A stretch of 64,000 nt of DNA from Camelus dromedarius (Eukaryota), in assembly GCF_036321535.1 (NCBI RefSeq), contig NC_087436.1:120840001-120904000 (forward strand), given 5' to 3'. Position 1 is the first letter of the stretch. Each line of letters begins with the position of its first letter. Both the position numbers and the translations under genes were made by a program. The notes under the pieces are model-generated. The model was given only the letters and a program-made list of their open reading frames with translations, did no database searches and had not been told where the DNA came from. Positions 49,219-62,321 of this stretch are shown here, one piece after another.

Positions 49219-50610
49219 ACCCAGCAGCGGAGAGACCGGAGGGCTGGGTGCTGCCGGGGCGGTTTCCTGCTCGCTTACGTCCCCAAGGGCCCTTCTGACA
49301 AGTCCTCACCACAGAGGTGGTTTTGTGTGCATCCTCCCCTTGCAATCCAAGATAATCTATTTTTACAAGACAAATACTATTTGAGGAGAAACAGCGAAGT
49401 GTTGCTATTATTTCTTTCAGGATGATTCATTACCCCTGATTTTTCTCTTCTGGCTTCAAAAGATTTTGTTAGATGGCATAATAAATATGTGATACAAAAA
49501 AGAGGGAAAGGATATAAGAACTCTTGTGGGAAAAAATGCTTGTCTCCAAGAGCTGCCTTGGGGCACCTGAGGCTGGGGCAGCGTCCTGTGGGCACTGGTC
49601 TGTCTGCAGAAGGGGCTGAAAAGGGCTGGCGCCCTGACTACCCACGGCGGTAGCAGGAGGGTCAGAGAGCGTTTTCCTGGCTGGAAAGGTTGGTGGCGCC
49701 CTTCGGGGAAAGGAGACCCCGCCAGGGAACTGCCTTTTCAAGGGCCGCGAGAGCTCAGGGCGCAGGGGGCCTCAGGGGTGCGACTTGCTGCAGGAAGACG
49801 GATTGCCTCTTCCACCTCAGTGTTAACACGAACGTCGGGTATCCTCACTGACAAAGCATGCAGGTCGCCGGGGCGGGGTGCTGCCCGTTCAGGGCCGTCC
49901 TCATCATACCGTCCTCAGTCTGGTTTCTGCCCTGCGCGGATGCGTCCTCAGCTGTTGCATCACATGTGGGTACATATGGAGAGTCGGTCCCACGGGGCTC
50001 CCCTCTTCGCCCCTCACCACACTCACTCTCTGCAAGTCTGTTTCCTCTTTTGTGAACAGGGACGCCATACCTCCCATCTGCAGGGATTTACAAGGGCCGG
50101 ACGGGTGTGGGAACCTAGCACCTGCCACAGTCCTTGCCACACAGCAGGTACTCAGGAAACGGCCCTTTACTGAAGGTTACAGTTATTGATTTAAAAAATC
50201 ATTTTCAGGCATTCCTTTGTTCTACACGAGATTACAGTTCTGGCACGATACAGGTGGTTTAATCCATCACAAATACATTTTAAAAGGCGTCGTAACGCCC
50301 TAACTCGCACGCATAGGAGGGCTGAAGCTGAAAGGACACGGGGCTTTCGTTTTTAAAGGCCCGCGAGTCAGTGTGTGGCGCTGGCGGGGCCGGGGGCAGG
50401 AAGCACAGGAGCGCTGTGCCCGGGGCGCAGGCGCCAGGGCTGCGCCGAAGTTGGTGACGCGTTTCCATTTTTGGTGACCTGCGGCTCAGTTTCTTTTAAC
50501 GTGCCTATTTCCCCAATTTACAAGATAGATGCTTTCCTGGAAAACTCAGCTTGTATTAAAACTATTCTATTTCTCTGTTTATTTGTGTATGTATGTATTT
50601 GTTTATTTTA

Positions 50611-50816
50611 TTGTTTTTTTTTTTTTGTGGAAGTCTAGTCAGTTTACAATGTGCCAATTTCTGGCGCACAGCATGCTTCAGTCACACACACACATATATA
50701 TTCCTTTCCATATTCTTTCCATCATAGGTGACTACATGATATTAGATACAGTTCCCTGTGCTCTGTAGGAGAAGCTTGCTGTTCATCTGTTCTTCACACA
50801 GCAGTTAGTATCTGCA
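50611..50816 (-). mobile_element. Young L1 3'UTR fragment
   Basis: Poly-T then gaagtctagtcagtttacaatgtg..catattctttccatcataggt..tacagttccctgtgct; same family as 8081-8594. Confidence 0.88.
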
Positions 50817-50875
50817 TTACACTCTACCCCAGGAATCGATACAACATTGTGAACTGACTATACCTCAGTAAAAAA
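50817..50875 (+). mobile_element. Second short L1 3' tail in opposite orientation
   Basis: ccaggaatcgatacaacattgtgaactgactatacctcagtaaaaaa. Confidence 0.8.
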
Positions 50876-53800
50876 GTGACTCGAAATTTCTAAATAAAAT
50901 GTTTGCAAGGTTAAAAAAAAACATATTACTTGCCTCGAGGACTGAGTTTTTTGAGGTCCCCTTATATTTTGCCCAGGAGGGGAATGCCTCCCCCACCCTC
51001 CCTGGCCTGGCCCGTCCCTGTGCCTGGCTTGCAGGGAGAGGTGAGCCATCTCCGGTTTCTGTCCGTCAAGCTCAGGCTTCCTCTGCCAGCTAGTTCTCGT
51101 GCCATCTTAGCTGGCTGCTAGTCTGGACGTCCAGTCAACGCCACGAGGTAGCGGCCTCAGGCAGAGCTCCCGGCTGGACCCTCGATCCCAGCCCTGCAGA
51201 CCCCTCGGCCCGGTCTGCCCACACCTCCCATCGCTGCCCTCTGACTTTTGCCGGCTGGGTTGTCCCTGTGACTGCAGAGGGTGCCCTCGGAGGCTCCTGG
51301 AAGAGGCTTGGGAAATGGGCTTGGTTCCACTGCAGCCTTAGCAGCCACTGCTCCAGGCCTGCATTGTCCCCTCAGCGCCTGGTGCCAACCACTTCCTCAG
51401 GGGCCCTTGGGAGCAGCCAGCTCACACCACCTTGGAATTCCCCACGCTTTCCCCCAGAATCCCGGCCTCGGGGGCCTGCCGCGCTCACCCTACATTTAAA
51501 CAGGCAGCGAAGGTTTTCATCAGATAGAAGACTGCCTCCCCGTCTCCTGCCCAGCCTATGTTTTAGGCTTTGTGCTTCCTCTGGGCACCCCACTTCGGGT
51601 ACCGAGTCCTGTTAGCGGTCACAGTTTTCCCCTGAAAGCATCAGAAACCAACTAGGGCCATTTGAGCCAAAGTGGAACCATTAAGAGGGCTGCGAGCAGT
51701 TCACAAGCTTCCAGAAGGTCTGGGACACCCGGTTCTGAGCTGGGCATCCAGGAACAACACTCACCTCCCTCCCTGGGAAGCTCTGGCGGGTGCCGGATGC
51801 TGTGTCCCTGCGGCCGCTACTTGGGGACCCCATCTTGCTGCAGCGCCACCACCACCCCTCTCTCCAGGAGCCCAGCATGTTTTGTAACCGCTGCCGCTTA
51901 TTTCTTGCTCCCGATTTAAAGTCTGAGGGTGGAGACTGCTTGGCTTGCCTGTGGTAATGCGACAGGCTGTGCCTCCAACAGCACCCGATGGGGTGGAGAG
52001 ACTGCAATACAAAAGCACGTTGAGGGGCTGGTACGCCTCCACGAGGAAGGTCAAGTGTCCAGGCCACTTGTCCCAAGATGGCCCAGCACCAGCCCCCTCC
52101 TGGCTTCTCCTTCCTGGCCTCCACGGAGCCGAGGCACCACTATCCTGTGGCTGCAGGCCCACCGATAGCTCCTGCCCCACACGTGGCCCCGCTCCCCGGG
52201 GCTCCTCCTCCTCCCCTTACACACAGGCATCTGCCAGGGCTCTCCTGGTCTCTCTGCACACACACGTCCTGGGGGCTCGCACCCGCACTGACCTCCACGT
52301 CCAGCCTGGACCCTCACCCAAGCCTGAGGCTCCCGCTGCCACCTCCTTTTGGGTGCTCTGCTTGCCGACCCCAGACACCACCTAAAGTTGAACCCAAAAT
52401 CAGTTCATCCCAGAACAAGGCCTCTCCCTGCCCACTCACAAGGTCACAACCTTGGGCACCTCCCCAGACTTCTTTCCCGCTCGCATTATCTGCCTCTGGT
52501 TGGTTCTTAGGGCTGGACCCTAATTTCCACCAACTCCTTCCTGTCAGACCAGGCAAGTCCCCTGTGATCCTGGGAGCACCCAGACCCACCTGGGAAGACG
52601 GCAGCTAAGTGCCCCGCAAGGAGCTGGCCCCAGTAAGGATGTCACTGCTGTCACAGGCCGAGCCCCTCCCTGGCTGAAACTCCCCGTTCTCCTTCCTTCC
52701 TGGAGAGGCCCAGCACCCTGGCGGCCCCGTCCCGAGCCCCGTGTCCTGGAAGGCTGCACCCTTGGCCTTTGGAGGACTCCCGCTGGAAGCTTCGTCCGCT
52801 AACTGAACTAGAACACGACTCCCAGGGCCCGCCCCGGGCCCCGGGCTCATCCTCCGCCTCACGGATCTGAGGAGGCAGTTGCCGGCGAGATCCGGGGTCC
52901 TCCAGCTTGGTGCTTGGACAACTTTGGGTGAGAGTTACGTGCCACGGTGCCTGGACGCCTGTGAAGCAATTAGCCTGCAGCTACATCCAGAGAAGAGCAG
53001 GTGCTGGGAGGAGCCACCTGCCACCCCCCACCGTCACCCCATCACTCTGCCTCACCCCCAAGTCTAAACATCCCACCGCCAAACCCCTGGGCGTGCAGCG
53101 AGCTCCCTTCTCCTCCCTGCAGAACCCAAAGAGCTTTACTGGTCCTGCAGTTACACAAACCACACATTCCTACGTTGTTTAACACGGAGAAGTATGGGGG
53201 AAAGAGGAGACTCACCTGGAACCCCACCACCTCGTGACGACGACTGTGCCACTCGGCGGCCGTGCTCGCGCCCCGCTCCCTGCAGGTCTATAGGGTGGAA
53301 GCGGCCCGAGCTAGCCCTGCTGAGGACTCGCCAAGCCCCGCACCCCGCCTCTGGGCCGGGGGGTGGGGGGCAGGTGGGGGGCAGCCAGAGGCCAAGCACG
53401 GCCAGGGGCTGGCGGGGTCCAGAGCCCGCGCCCTGCGCTGGGGGGGGGGGGTTGTCAGGGGCAGGAACGTGCTCTCAGGATAAGGGCACGCCGGGGGTTA
53501 ACGAGCTGCTGAGTGGTTTTTAAGGCCATGCCATGGAAGCCCTCGGGGAGGCGGGCAACACTCCGTAGCAAGGGGTCTGGGGAGGCCAGGGCGGGGGTGC
53601 TGCCCAGACCCCGCCCTCCAGTGTCCTCGGCTCCTGGGCCGCCGGGAGGGCTGCGGGCGCCCCGAGCCCGAGTCTGAGGCCTCGATTCCAGGCCAGCTCT
53701 GTCCACACTGGGAGGCCTGGGCAAGGTGCCCGGTCCTGCCGCCTCGCACTCCTCCCCCCCCCCGCCAGAAACACCCCGGCTCCACACCAGGTCCACTGGG

Positions 53801-53909
53801 ACCTCCAGGGACACAGCAGCGGCGCCCGTGCGGCCCGAGGAGCCGGGCCCTGCGTCGCTCTGCAGCTGCTCTCCTCACCCACGGGCAGCGTAGGAGGGAG
53901 ACAGGGCTG

Positions 53910-54180
53910 CTCTGGGCTCCGTCCCCTCATCTCTGCAATGAAGGCAATGACCGTGCCTTCCTCAGAGGCGCCCGGTGGGCGTTAAACAGGCGACACGTGG
54001 ACGACACTCAGAGCCCCCGTGGGCTTGGAGTCAAGGCTGGGCAGTTTCGCGTTGCTGTCCTCAACGATTATCACCTGCACAGCCCCATTTTGTCACGAAA
54101 CGAGGCTCAGAGAGGTTGAGCTCCCTGCCTACGTTCACACAGCCAGGAAGCAGGGAGCCAGGTTTGAACTGAAGACTGGT
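53910..54180. mobile_element. Two MIR relics, tail-to-tail
   Basis: Plus: ctccgtcccctcatctctgcaatgaagg. Minus: ccccattttgtcacgaaacgaggctcagagaggttgag..ttcacacagccaggaagcagggagccaggtttgaac. Confidence 0.65.
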
Positions 54181-57100
54181 CTGGTGCTGGCACCCCCACA
54201 ACCTTTTCACCGACAGCGGGCTGAGAAGTGACATGCAGAGAGGGGTGTGGGTGACAAGCTGTGTGGCTGTGGGGCCTCCTGTCTCCTTCCTTCCCAGCAG
54301 CTCCAGAGGCCCCGAGCCCTGGGTTTGGGGGGCAGCACCAGCTCTTGGGGTGCATTAGGGAGGACCTAGGTTGGGAACCAGCCAGAACCTTGTTCTACCA
54401 TCTGCTGGGCATGAGACTCTGGGGAGATAGACCTTTGCTCCTGCCCCGGCAGGTCATGATCCCCAACCTCAAAAGGCGGGGAGGGCCCACTGTGACAGCT
54501 CCATGCAGGTGCCCAGCGAGGCTGGGTCCCTCCTGGAGTGGCTCCAGCAGCCGGGCTCCAGACGGTCCCTCCACCCTCCAGAATCCTCTTCGGCCCGTGG
54601 AGTCCTGCTTCTCCATTTCTCTGTGATTTTAGACACACTCCTCCTTTTCTGCTTGTGTTACTGTGAAGCCCTGGGTTGTGCTTATTCTAGGTTAGTCTTT
54701 GTTCCAGGGGTGGTTTTTAAACTCTATTTCCGGTTCTTTCCCGAGGACGGTCACCCTGTCTCTCAGGTCAGCTGTGTGCCCACGAGGTGGGTTCTGTCTG
54801 CTGAGTGCGTTTCAGGACGTTTAAAGTCGACGGCTGGCACCAGATGCAAGGTCGATCTGCTATGGAATGCTATGTGCACGGTGGGTACTTTGCCGGCTGA
54901 ATAAAAATAATTGCTCAGTGTTTAAGAAGAACATTCAGAAAATACAGGGATAGGGTTTAAGGCAGTGATCCACATTTTGGGCACGTCAGCAATTCTCAGC
55001 CATTTCCTTCACGCTACTTTATGCTTCTGCTTTGAAGATGATAATAGTGACCGAATGCCTGTGCAGCGAGGGCTGGCTTCTGATGGCTGAGACTGAAGCC
55101 TGATTTTAAAAGAATCATCATCAAAAAATACCTCATGAACTTGCTATCTGCTCTGTTTCTAAGCAGAAATACATAAATTAATATAATATAATATAATGTA
55201 ATAAATAAAAAAGTGAAATATAATAAAGATTACCTTTCTGCACACACACACACAAAACCCTCAAAACCCCAAGTCAAGGCCAAGGCCCCAAGCCGGCCTT
55301 TGGGCACGTCCCTCTGGCCCGCTCTGTCCGGGGAACGTTACCCTCGGTTTGCCCGGCTTCGATCCCGATTCCTTTCTGTTGCCCCAGTGTCTGTGAAACC
55401 AGTTTCTCAAGCTCCGTGGGGCACTAGGGACCTGGCTCCGGCCTCCACCCGACTCAGGGCTGGAGCCTCTCGCTGGCTTTGGTGCCCTCTGGCTTAGTCG
55501 TGAGACACTTCCAGCAGCTTCTCTGCCTGCGCCTGTCCCGGAAGGGAGCCTGGGGGGGCAGTCCCGTTTGTCCCCATGTGGATCCTGGCCATCACCTGCT
55601 GCTGGGCTGGACACACCTGCCCCAGTGCCGCCGTCCTCACAGGGCCCTGTGCTGCCTCAGCGGCCACTCTTGGTCCACCCGCTGCTCCAGCAGATGCCTC
55701 TCCAGGCCCCAGGCTGTGAGTGTTGGTCCTCACCCACTGTGTGCGGAGCTGTGTGGGTTCCCTTGTCGCTAGTTCAGAGGCAAGTGTCCCTGGCATCTGA
55801 GTTTCCGTGTGCCCTGGATTCATATAGGAATTCGGAAGGACTGAAATGTCATGTCACCATGCCATCTGCCTCATGTGTCATTTAGGTACAAAGGACCCCA
55901 GGGAGGTGGGTCCCAGGGGCGCAGAAGCTGCACAGATGCTGTCAGCAGGTCCGATGGCCCGGGCACAGCTGTCCCATCCTTTGATCGCCCCTCGCCCCCT
56001 CTTCCCCTGCTCCCCCCGCTCCCTCATCTTGCAGGGAGCCCTGCGGCCCCATGCAGACAGGCTCTCTCTCCATGTGGCGGGAAGCATCCTGACACTCAGA
56101 GTCCAAGGGGAGGGAGAGGGTCCTTCCACCAGCAACGTGGAAACTTCCGAGGAAGGACTGGACTCCACGCACTTGGGTCACCGCCCGCCTGTGCTCACTG
56201 CGTGCGGCCCCAAGATGTGCGGTCACGCGCTCACCCTTGTCAAGTGGAGGCACTGGGGTTGACAGTCACATAAAGCCCCACGGGGTCAGGACGCATGTGA
56301 CAAAAGGGTGGACGAGGGCCGGACAGAGCACCCTGAGAAGTGCGGGAAAAGCCTGTCCCTGGGACCCTCGCTGGACACCCACTTTCCCGGACGCCTCCTG
56401 TCTCGGTGGGGGAAGAGTGAGAGTGGGAGGGGCAACATGAGGTGCCCGAGCATCCACTGACCTGTGACGAGGGGGTCAGGAAGGGTTTGGGGCTGGACGC
56501 AGCCCATAGTGTGACACCAACGAGCTGGGAGCCACCGACTGACCAACCACTTCCTCGCTGCAGCTCAGCAAACGTGTGCTGAGCAGGCACCGGAGCCAGG
56601 AGTCCGGCCGCTGTCAGCCCAGTCCAGGAGCCGGGCGCCTACAAGGGCAGAGGGGAGCCTGCGAGACTGTGTGCAGGCAGCCGCATCGCCGGGAGCATTC
56701 TGGAAGGCACTTTTTGGCTGGAGAAGGCTTGTGGGGCAAGGCAGAGAGAGGAGCCGTGGCCGGGGACGGGGCAGAGCCAAGGACCCTCACCCAGGGCTCA
56801 GCAGGACTCAGAGGCTGATACTCTGCAAGTGCCTGGGGCCCTCCCCCAGGGCCCCCCAGGCACCTCTCATGTGAGGCAGGATGGAGGGGCGCAGCAGCCC
56901 ACGCACTGGGAGTGGGAGGAAAGCTCCTAGCATCCCCGAAGCACATCCTCCAGGCTCAGGGCCCCGCAGTGGGATGAAGCCCCTGGCAGGCAGCTGTCAC
57001 AGCTCGCAGCACACGCCTGGGTGGCCGGACCCTCCTCGCCTCGCTCCTCACGCCCCTCCTGGGGTCACGCCGCAGACAAGCTGCTTGCACAGGAATCCCT

Positions 57101-59123
57101 GTCTCAGGGTCTGCTTCTAGGGATGTCAGCCTAAGAGCCCTCTCAGCAGGTGACAGGTGTCCCACGTGCTGGAGACAGGGGCATTGGCACAGAAGCACTA
57201 AGGCTTGGAGAGCTAGGAACCCTCAGGACTCAAAGGGTGTCTGTCCTCAGGGCCTGACTTGGCTCTCAAAAGGCCTCTGGTCCCACTGCCAGGGGGGCCT
57301 CTCCTGGCTGCACCTCCTATCACACCAGGGTGTAGACGCTGCCTTCTCCTGGAAGCCCACCCAGGTTGCACTATTGACACCTTAAGCTTCCTCAGTGAGT
57401 GGTCTGTGTTTCGGTCTTTCCCTCCAAGGGCTGAGGTTTCTGTGTCCACGTTTGTACTCCCCCAGCAGTCTCCCTGCCTCGTCCCTCCCCCGGACTCTCC
57501 TGTGTCCCTCCCCTCCTCTACTACCTGGAGAACACCTGCTTGTTTGCCCCACCCTGTGGAGCATCATCTGTTCATGGGGAAGCCCACAGAAGCGACTGTC
57601 CTCCTCAGGGCTCCCGCAGGCATCGTGCCTCCAGCCTGCGCAGGCACACGTCCCCACCTCCTGCTGGCCTGTCTCTTAGTCTCCAGGGCCAACTCCTCCT
57701 GAGAGCCTTGGGGCACAGCCAGGAGGGGCTCGGGGTGCTTGCAAATGGAAGATGACAGCTTGTCTTCCACACACGGGCATGGGTCCTAAGGAGGCAGGTG
57801 GCGCAGTGGCACAGTGGGCCGTGGCTCTGCTGACCCGTGGCCACACCCTGTCCCTCCTTCCTGGGTGACAGGCTGCTGTGCTGGTGGGGCCATCTCCCAG
57901 GTGGCCTGTCCTTTCCTAGAGAGGGTTAGGACAGGATGGGCCATCCCTGTCTCCGGGAGGAGAGGAGGATGCGCTGGGAGCAGGCCTGAGGGGACAAGGC
58001 AGCAGGAGAAGGAGATGCCATCGACCCTGGGCTGAGCAGAAAACCTAATTAGCCCCAGTCCCTTCTGAGGCTCCACCTGTGGAGTTACAAAGACAAAGGA
58101 GATGGGGTGGGGCACCATTGTACAGCAGTGGGGAGGGGACAGGGCTCCCTCCCAGGCACCCCCTGGGCCACCCTCCTCACCCTGGGCTTCTGGAATAGTG
58201 TACCGTCCTCACGTGCACCTGCTCCTCCCATGCCCCAGGCTGGATTCCCCTGGTCTCCGCCCCACCTCAGGCTGCTCCTGCACCCAGAAGGGGCAGATAC
58301 CTCAATCCTTCAGGCTCGTGTCCTGCTCCCCCCAGCCTCCCACTCCACCCACGAGCACCCACCCACACACCTCTCTGCTCACCTGGGCTGCCTTGGACCA
58401 ACGCGGACAGCCCCGGGTGACCCCTGCCCGCTTACCTGTCTGGTTCCCTCGTAGACAGTGAGCTGGGAGCAGGCAGAGTCTGTGTCCACTGGTCTCTGGG
58501 CAGCCCCTCCACGGTGCCCAGAGCAGGACCCGGCCTGGAGCTGGCAGGCAGCATCTACCTGCTCAATCAGCTGAGATGAGGGACTTGCCTTGTCTTTACA
58601 GACACTGCCCAGTTACTAGGAGAAAACGGGATGGAGGCTCCTGTATCAGCACAAAGCAGGCAGGCTGATAGGACATGCTGTGTGTGCATGTCCTGTGCAG
58701 AAGTACAAATGCAGGTAGGGGGTGTGCCGCACATGCCTGTGCGAGGGCCTCAGCTGCTCGGGTAAGTCATGTGTGTGTGGGAGCCACATGTGCGTCTGCA
58801 TGCACACTTCTGTGGGCTGCAGGCACACTGCACACACGTAAGTGTGCATGCAGTTTTCACAGTGGCACAAGCAGTCACAGCTCTACTCTCAAATTTCTCT
58901 CACTGGGCAGACAGCCGGCGTGGCCCAAGGGCCCAATAAGGCTAATATTCGACACCCGGAAGGTCCCGGGGGGTCCCCATTTTCTTACAGCCTGTTCCTG
59001 CGAGCTCCCGCGTCATAGTTCCTTGGACTCTGGTTAACATGGAAAGCCCTGTGCCCGCCAAGGGCGTCCTGAGTCAGAGCTTGTGGAAGGGTCCCCAGGG
59101 GCTGCCTTGCAGCAAGTGGCCTG

Positions 59124-59167
59124 GGTGACTGAGCCTTGCAGCATCGGTGACTGAGCCTTGCAGCATC
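59124..59167. repeat. 22-bp perfect tandem duplication
   Basis: ggtgactgagccttgcagcatc x2. Confidence 0.9.
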
Positions 59168-59709
59168 TGTGACTTCATCGCCTCTTCTGCCCTCCGATCC
59201 TGGTCATTCCTGCGATGCCGCCATCGACTGTTTCAGAGGGGAGGGACACGTTGTCTCTGGGATGCCAGAGACCTGCCCCCCGTCGTGTGCTTTGACTGGT
59301 TGGTCCCTCAATGTCCCCGAAGCACAAGTGCTCTCACAACAGGGCCGGGACACTGTCTCCTCCTAGGAGAGATGAGGACACTGAGTCTGAGCCAGGCGGA
59401 GTGCAGGCTGGGAAAGCCAGGCCCAAACTGCCGGCGCGGCCCCTGCGGGCGCCAGGCAGGAAACACCCTCAAGCCGCTGGCGCCGCCCACCCCGCTGCCC
59501 CGCGTGGCAGTGAGCTCCCTGTCACTGGGAGTATTCGAGAAGGGCCTGGACAGCCACCTGTCCGGGGGGTCCTCAGAGCGCTCTCAGCGGCAGGTGTGAA
59601 GGCCCTTCGCAGCCAGGCTCCTGGCCCCAGATGGACAGCGGTGGCTGGATTATGGGGCATGGACACGCTCTCTGAGTCAGGGCGAGCTGAGTCCTTGGAG
59701 AGCCGGGGA

Positions 59710-59850
59710 GTTCAGCCCTGTGCTAGGAGCAGCACAGAATACCCCGGCCATCTGGTTGACCTGCAGAGTCCCATTCAGAGGGTCTGGGGTGCCCGGGAGT
59801 CAGTGTTTCTAGCACTTGCCCCAGGGTTAACAGGTCCATGGAGCACACGG
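59710..59850. mobile_element. MER5-like hAT-Charlie MITE relic
   Basis: cagaataccccgg..tgcagagtcccattcagagggtctggggtgcccgggagtcagtgtttctagcacttgccccagg..caggtccatggagcacac. Confidence 0.5.
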
Positions 59851-60181
59851 GGGCTGGGAGGCCTTCTCTGGGGTCTTCCAAGTGCATCCTGTTATCCCCA
59901 CTGTCCCCTTTAACACTGCCTTGCCTCATGTAGAACGCAGATCTCCATGTCAGGGGTGCGGCTGCTCCAGGGCGGTGGGGAGCGCCTAAGAGGCTAAGCC
60001 GAGTGACCCTGAGCCCCCGGCCCCTCCCTCATCATCCCTGAACTGCACTTGTGGGCTCCGCGGAGCCCGGACCACTGGACAGTGCTCGGTCCTACTGCAA
60101 AAAACTTGGTGTGGTTTGCTGCAAGATCAGCAGGTCTGCTCGCTGAAATCCAGGCACAAGTGCCTGGTGCCTGGTCTGACT

Positions 60182-60271
60182 GCCTTCCAGAACAGCCTCC
60201 CAGGGTCAGCGGGGCAGCATCCTGGCCGCCTCCCAGAGCAGCCTCCCAGGGTCAGCGGGGCGGCACCCCTG
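60182..60271. repeat. 46-bp imperfect tandem duplication
   Basis: Shared core cagcctcccagggtcagcggggc. Confidence 0.85.
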
Positions 60272-60971
60272 TGGAGCAGGGCTGGGCCGGCAGCCAGCTC
60301 CCCGAGCAGTCCTGCCCTCGGTGTCCCCTTCAGGTGGCACGTTGCCAGGAGGCTCAGTGCACATGATCTTCCCAGAGCTGGAGAGCAAGGAAGGGCAGGG
60401 GCCAGCCTGCCCGTGGACCTGGGCTGCCTGGAGCGCTACCTTCTGCCCTCAGCCCTGCAGCTGAGCCAGGCTCCAGACAGCCTCGGCCAGCCCCCATCTG
60501 GGCCCCTGGATGCCAAGGGACGGGTCCAGCCGGCCCTGAACACGCACCAGGAGCCTGCGCCAGGACGCCCGCATCACCGCGGAACAATACCTTGAGAGCT
60601 GCCAGGCCCTGGAGCCGGGGTGGGGTGAGGTGGAGGCCGGCGGCTTGGCATCCAGGCGACCAGACCTCACCGGGTGGAGCACGCCCCGCCTGGGCTTTCC
60701 GGGATCCCTCTGGGAGTTAGTATATCGCGTGCAGGCGTGTTGTGTAACAACATGGAAGGTGCCTCCCCGCCCAGACCGGTGCCCCGCCACCCAGGCCCCG
60801 AACGTGCCCCTGCCAGCTCCCACGCTGGAGCGCGGGAGGCAGCTGGGAAGGACAGGGCTGGGAGGGGATTCCAGACAATCCCTTTGGACCCTCTCCCCAA
60901 GAACATGTGGACCAGGAAAGGGGCCACATGAGCCTCCCTGGACAGGTGAGGGATTGGGGGCTCCAAGAGAG

Positions 60972-61388
60972 TGTACTGGAGTGAACACGTCCCTCCAAAT
61001 TCATGTCCACCTGGGACCTCAGAATGTGGAAATAGGGTCTTTGCAGATGTCATTAGTTAAGATGAAGTCAACCGGGACTTAGGGTGGCCCCTAATCCCAC
61101 AGGACTGACGTGCTTATAAGAGGAAGAGAGAGACCCACACAGAGGAAAGGGCAGGTGAAGACGGGGCAGAGGCCGGGGCGATGCGGCCACAAGTCCAGGA
61201 GCGCCAAGGGCTTCTGCAGAAACCCGAAGAGAGAAGGAGGGATCTTCCTTAGAGCCTCCAGAGGGAACCTGGCCCTGGGACACCTGCATCTTAGACTTCC
61301 GGCCTCCAGAGCCACGAGAGAACCATTGCTGCTGTTTTAAGCCCCCGCTTTGTGGTGCTTTGTTCCAACAGTCACAGGAAACCGCACG
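60972..61388 (+). mobile_element. Full-length MLT1C-like solo LTR
   Basis: TG start, ccaaattcatgtccacc..ggaaatagggtctttgcagatg..gacttccggcctccaga..tgttttaagcc..tttgtggtgctttgt. 5-bp flanks gagag / gaggg. Confidence 0.88.
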
Positions 61389-61969
61389 GAGGGGACATGC
61401 CTGACCCAAGACACCAGTCAGGAGTCCCATGGCTTTCATGTTACATCAAAACGAATCCCTTGCAATTTGGTTGGATTTTCCCAAGACCCACTGGTGGGCC
61501 AGGAGGACGGAGATGTCGGTGTGGTTGTAACTCCCGGGAGGCCTGGGCGGAGGCGCCAGAGCAGGCCGGGGAGGTGGGTTCGGGTCTTGGCTAGGCCTTT
61601 GCTTGCCCCAGGAGGGCATGGGGGCATCACCTCCCCCCGTCTCAGGTTCCTTCCCCGTAAGATGGAGCTCTTGTGGGAGAGGCTGCCAGTAAGGTTTTCA
61701 CATGAGGCCAGCACCTCGTAAACGCTTCTCACGAATTTTGCTGCTCTCAAACAAGGACGTGTCGGTAGAGCATCAAGCAGCATCAGGCCAAGAGCCATCG
61801 GTGATGAACGGCGTGGTCATCACTATCAATGCTACCAACGCTGGCACTGTAGTGGGGCGCTTTCCCATTCTCTCACCATTTCAGCCAGGGACCCAGAGGC
61901 TGACCACAAAACGCCATGTACTGAGCTCATGCCTCCGACGCAGGCAGGGAGCACCTGTGCGGCCTGGTG

Positions 61970-62310
61970 GGGGCAGAGCCTGGAGCTTGTTCTGCCGCAC
62001 CGGCCCATCGCCCACGTCCCGGTTCCCTGTTGCTGTCTGGTCGTGCGAAACAAGCCATCTAATTCTAGCTCATGTCTCTGCAGGTCAGGATTGCAGACAG
62101 GGCTCTGCCAGTGGCTTTACTGATGTCCCTGGTGGCACTCAGCTGGTGGGTGGTCTGAGTGGAGGGCCCAAGATGGTAGCACTCATGCCTGGCCCCTTGG
62201 CCGGGATGACTGGCAGGATGGGCTCCGCTGGGGCTTGTCAGCCGGACCACCAGTGCGTGGCCGGGCCAGCATGAGACTCGGGTGGTCAGACTTCTGCTGG
62301 GAGGGTTAGG
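61970..62310 (-). mobile_element. MLT1F/G/H-like LTR fragment
   Basis: tcagctggtgggtggtctgagtggagggcccaagatgg..cactcatgcctggc..ggtggtcagacttct. Confidence 0.65.
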
Positions 62311-62321
62311 ACACATCTGTT

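Larger units (their letters stand above)
50386..51014 (-). mobile_element. MER96-like hAT element interrupted by L1 tails
   Basis: Right part gactgagttttttgaggtccccttatattttgcccaggagg..tgcctc..ccctggcctggccc matches recalled MER96 antisense; the left terminus is uncertain. Confidence 0.45.

Noticed and set aside
59124..60271. Short direct repeats as a CRISPR-like array
   Set aside because: Only two-copy adjacent duplications without unique spacers or cas genes, in mammalian DNA.
4567..61388. Multiple MLT1 LTRs as paired ends of a provirus
   Set aside because: Different subfamilies and orientations, and no internal gag/pol sequence between any pair; they are solo LTRs.
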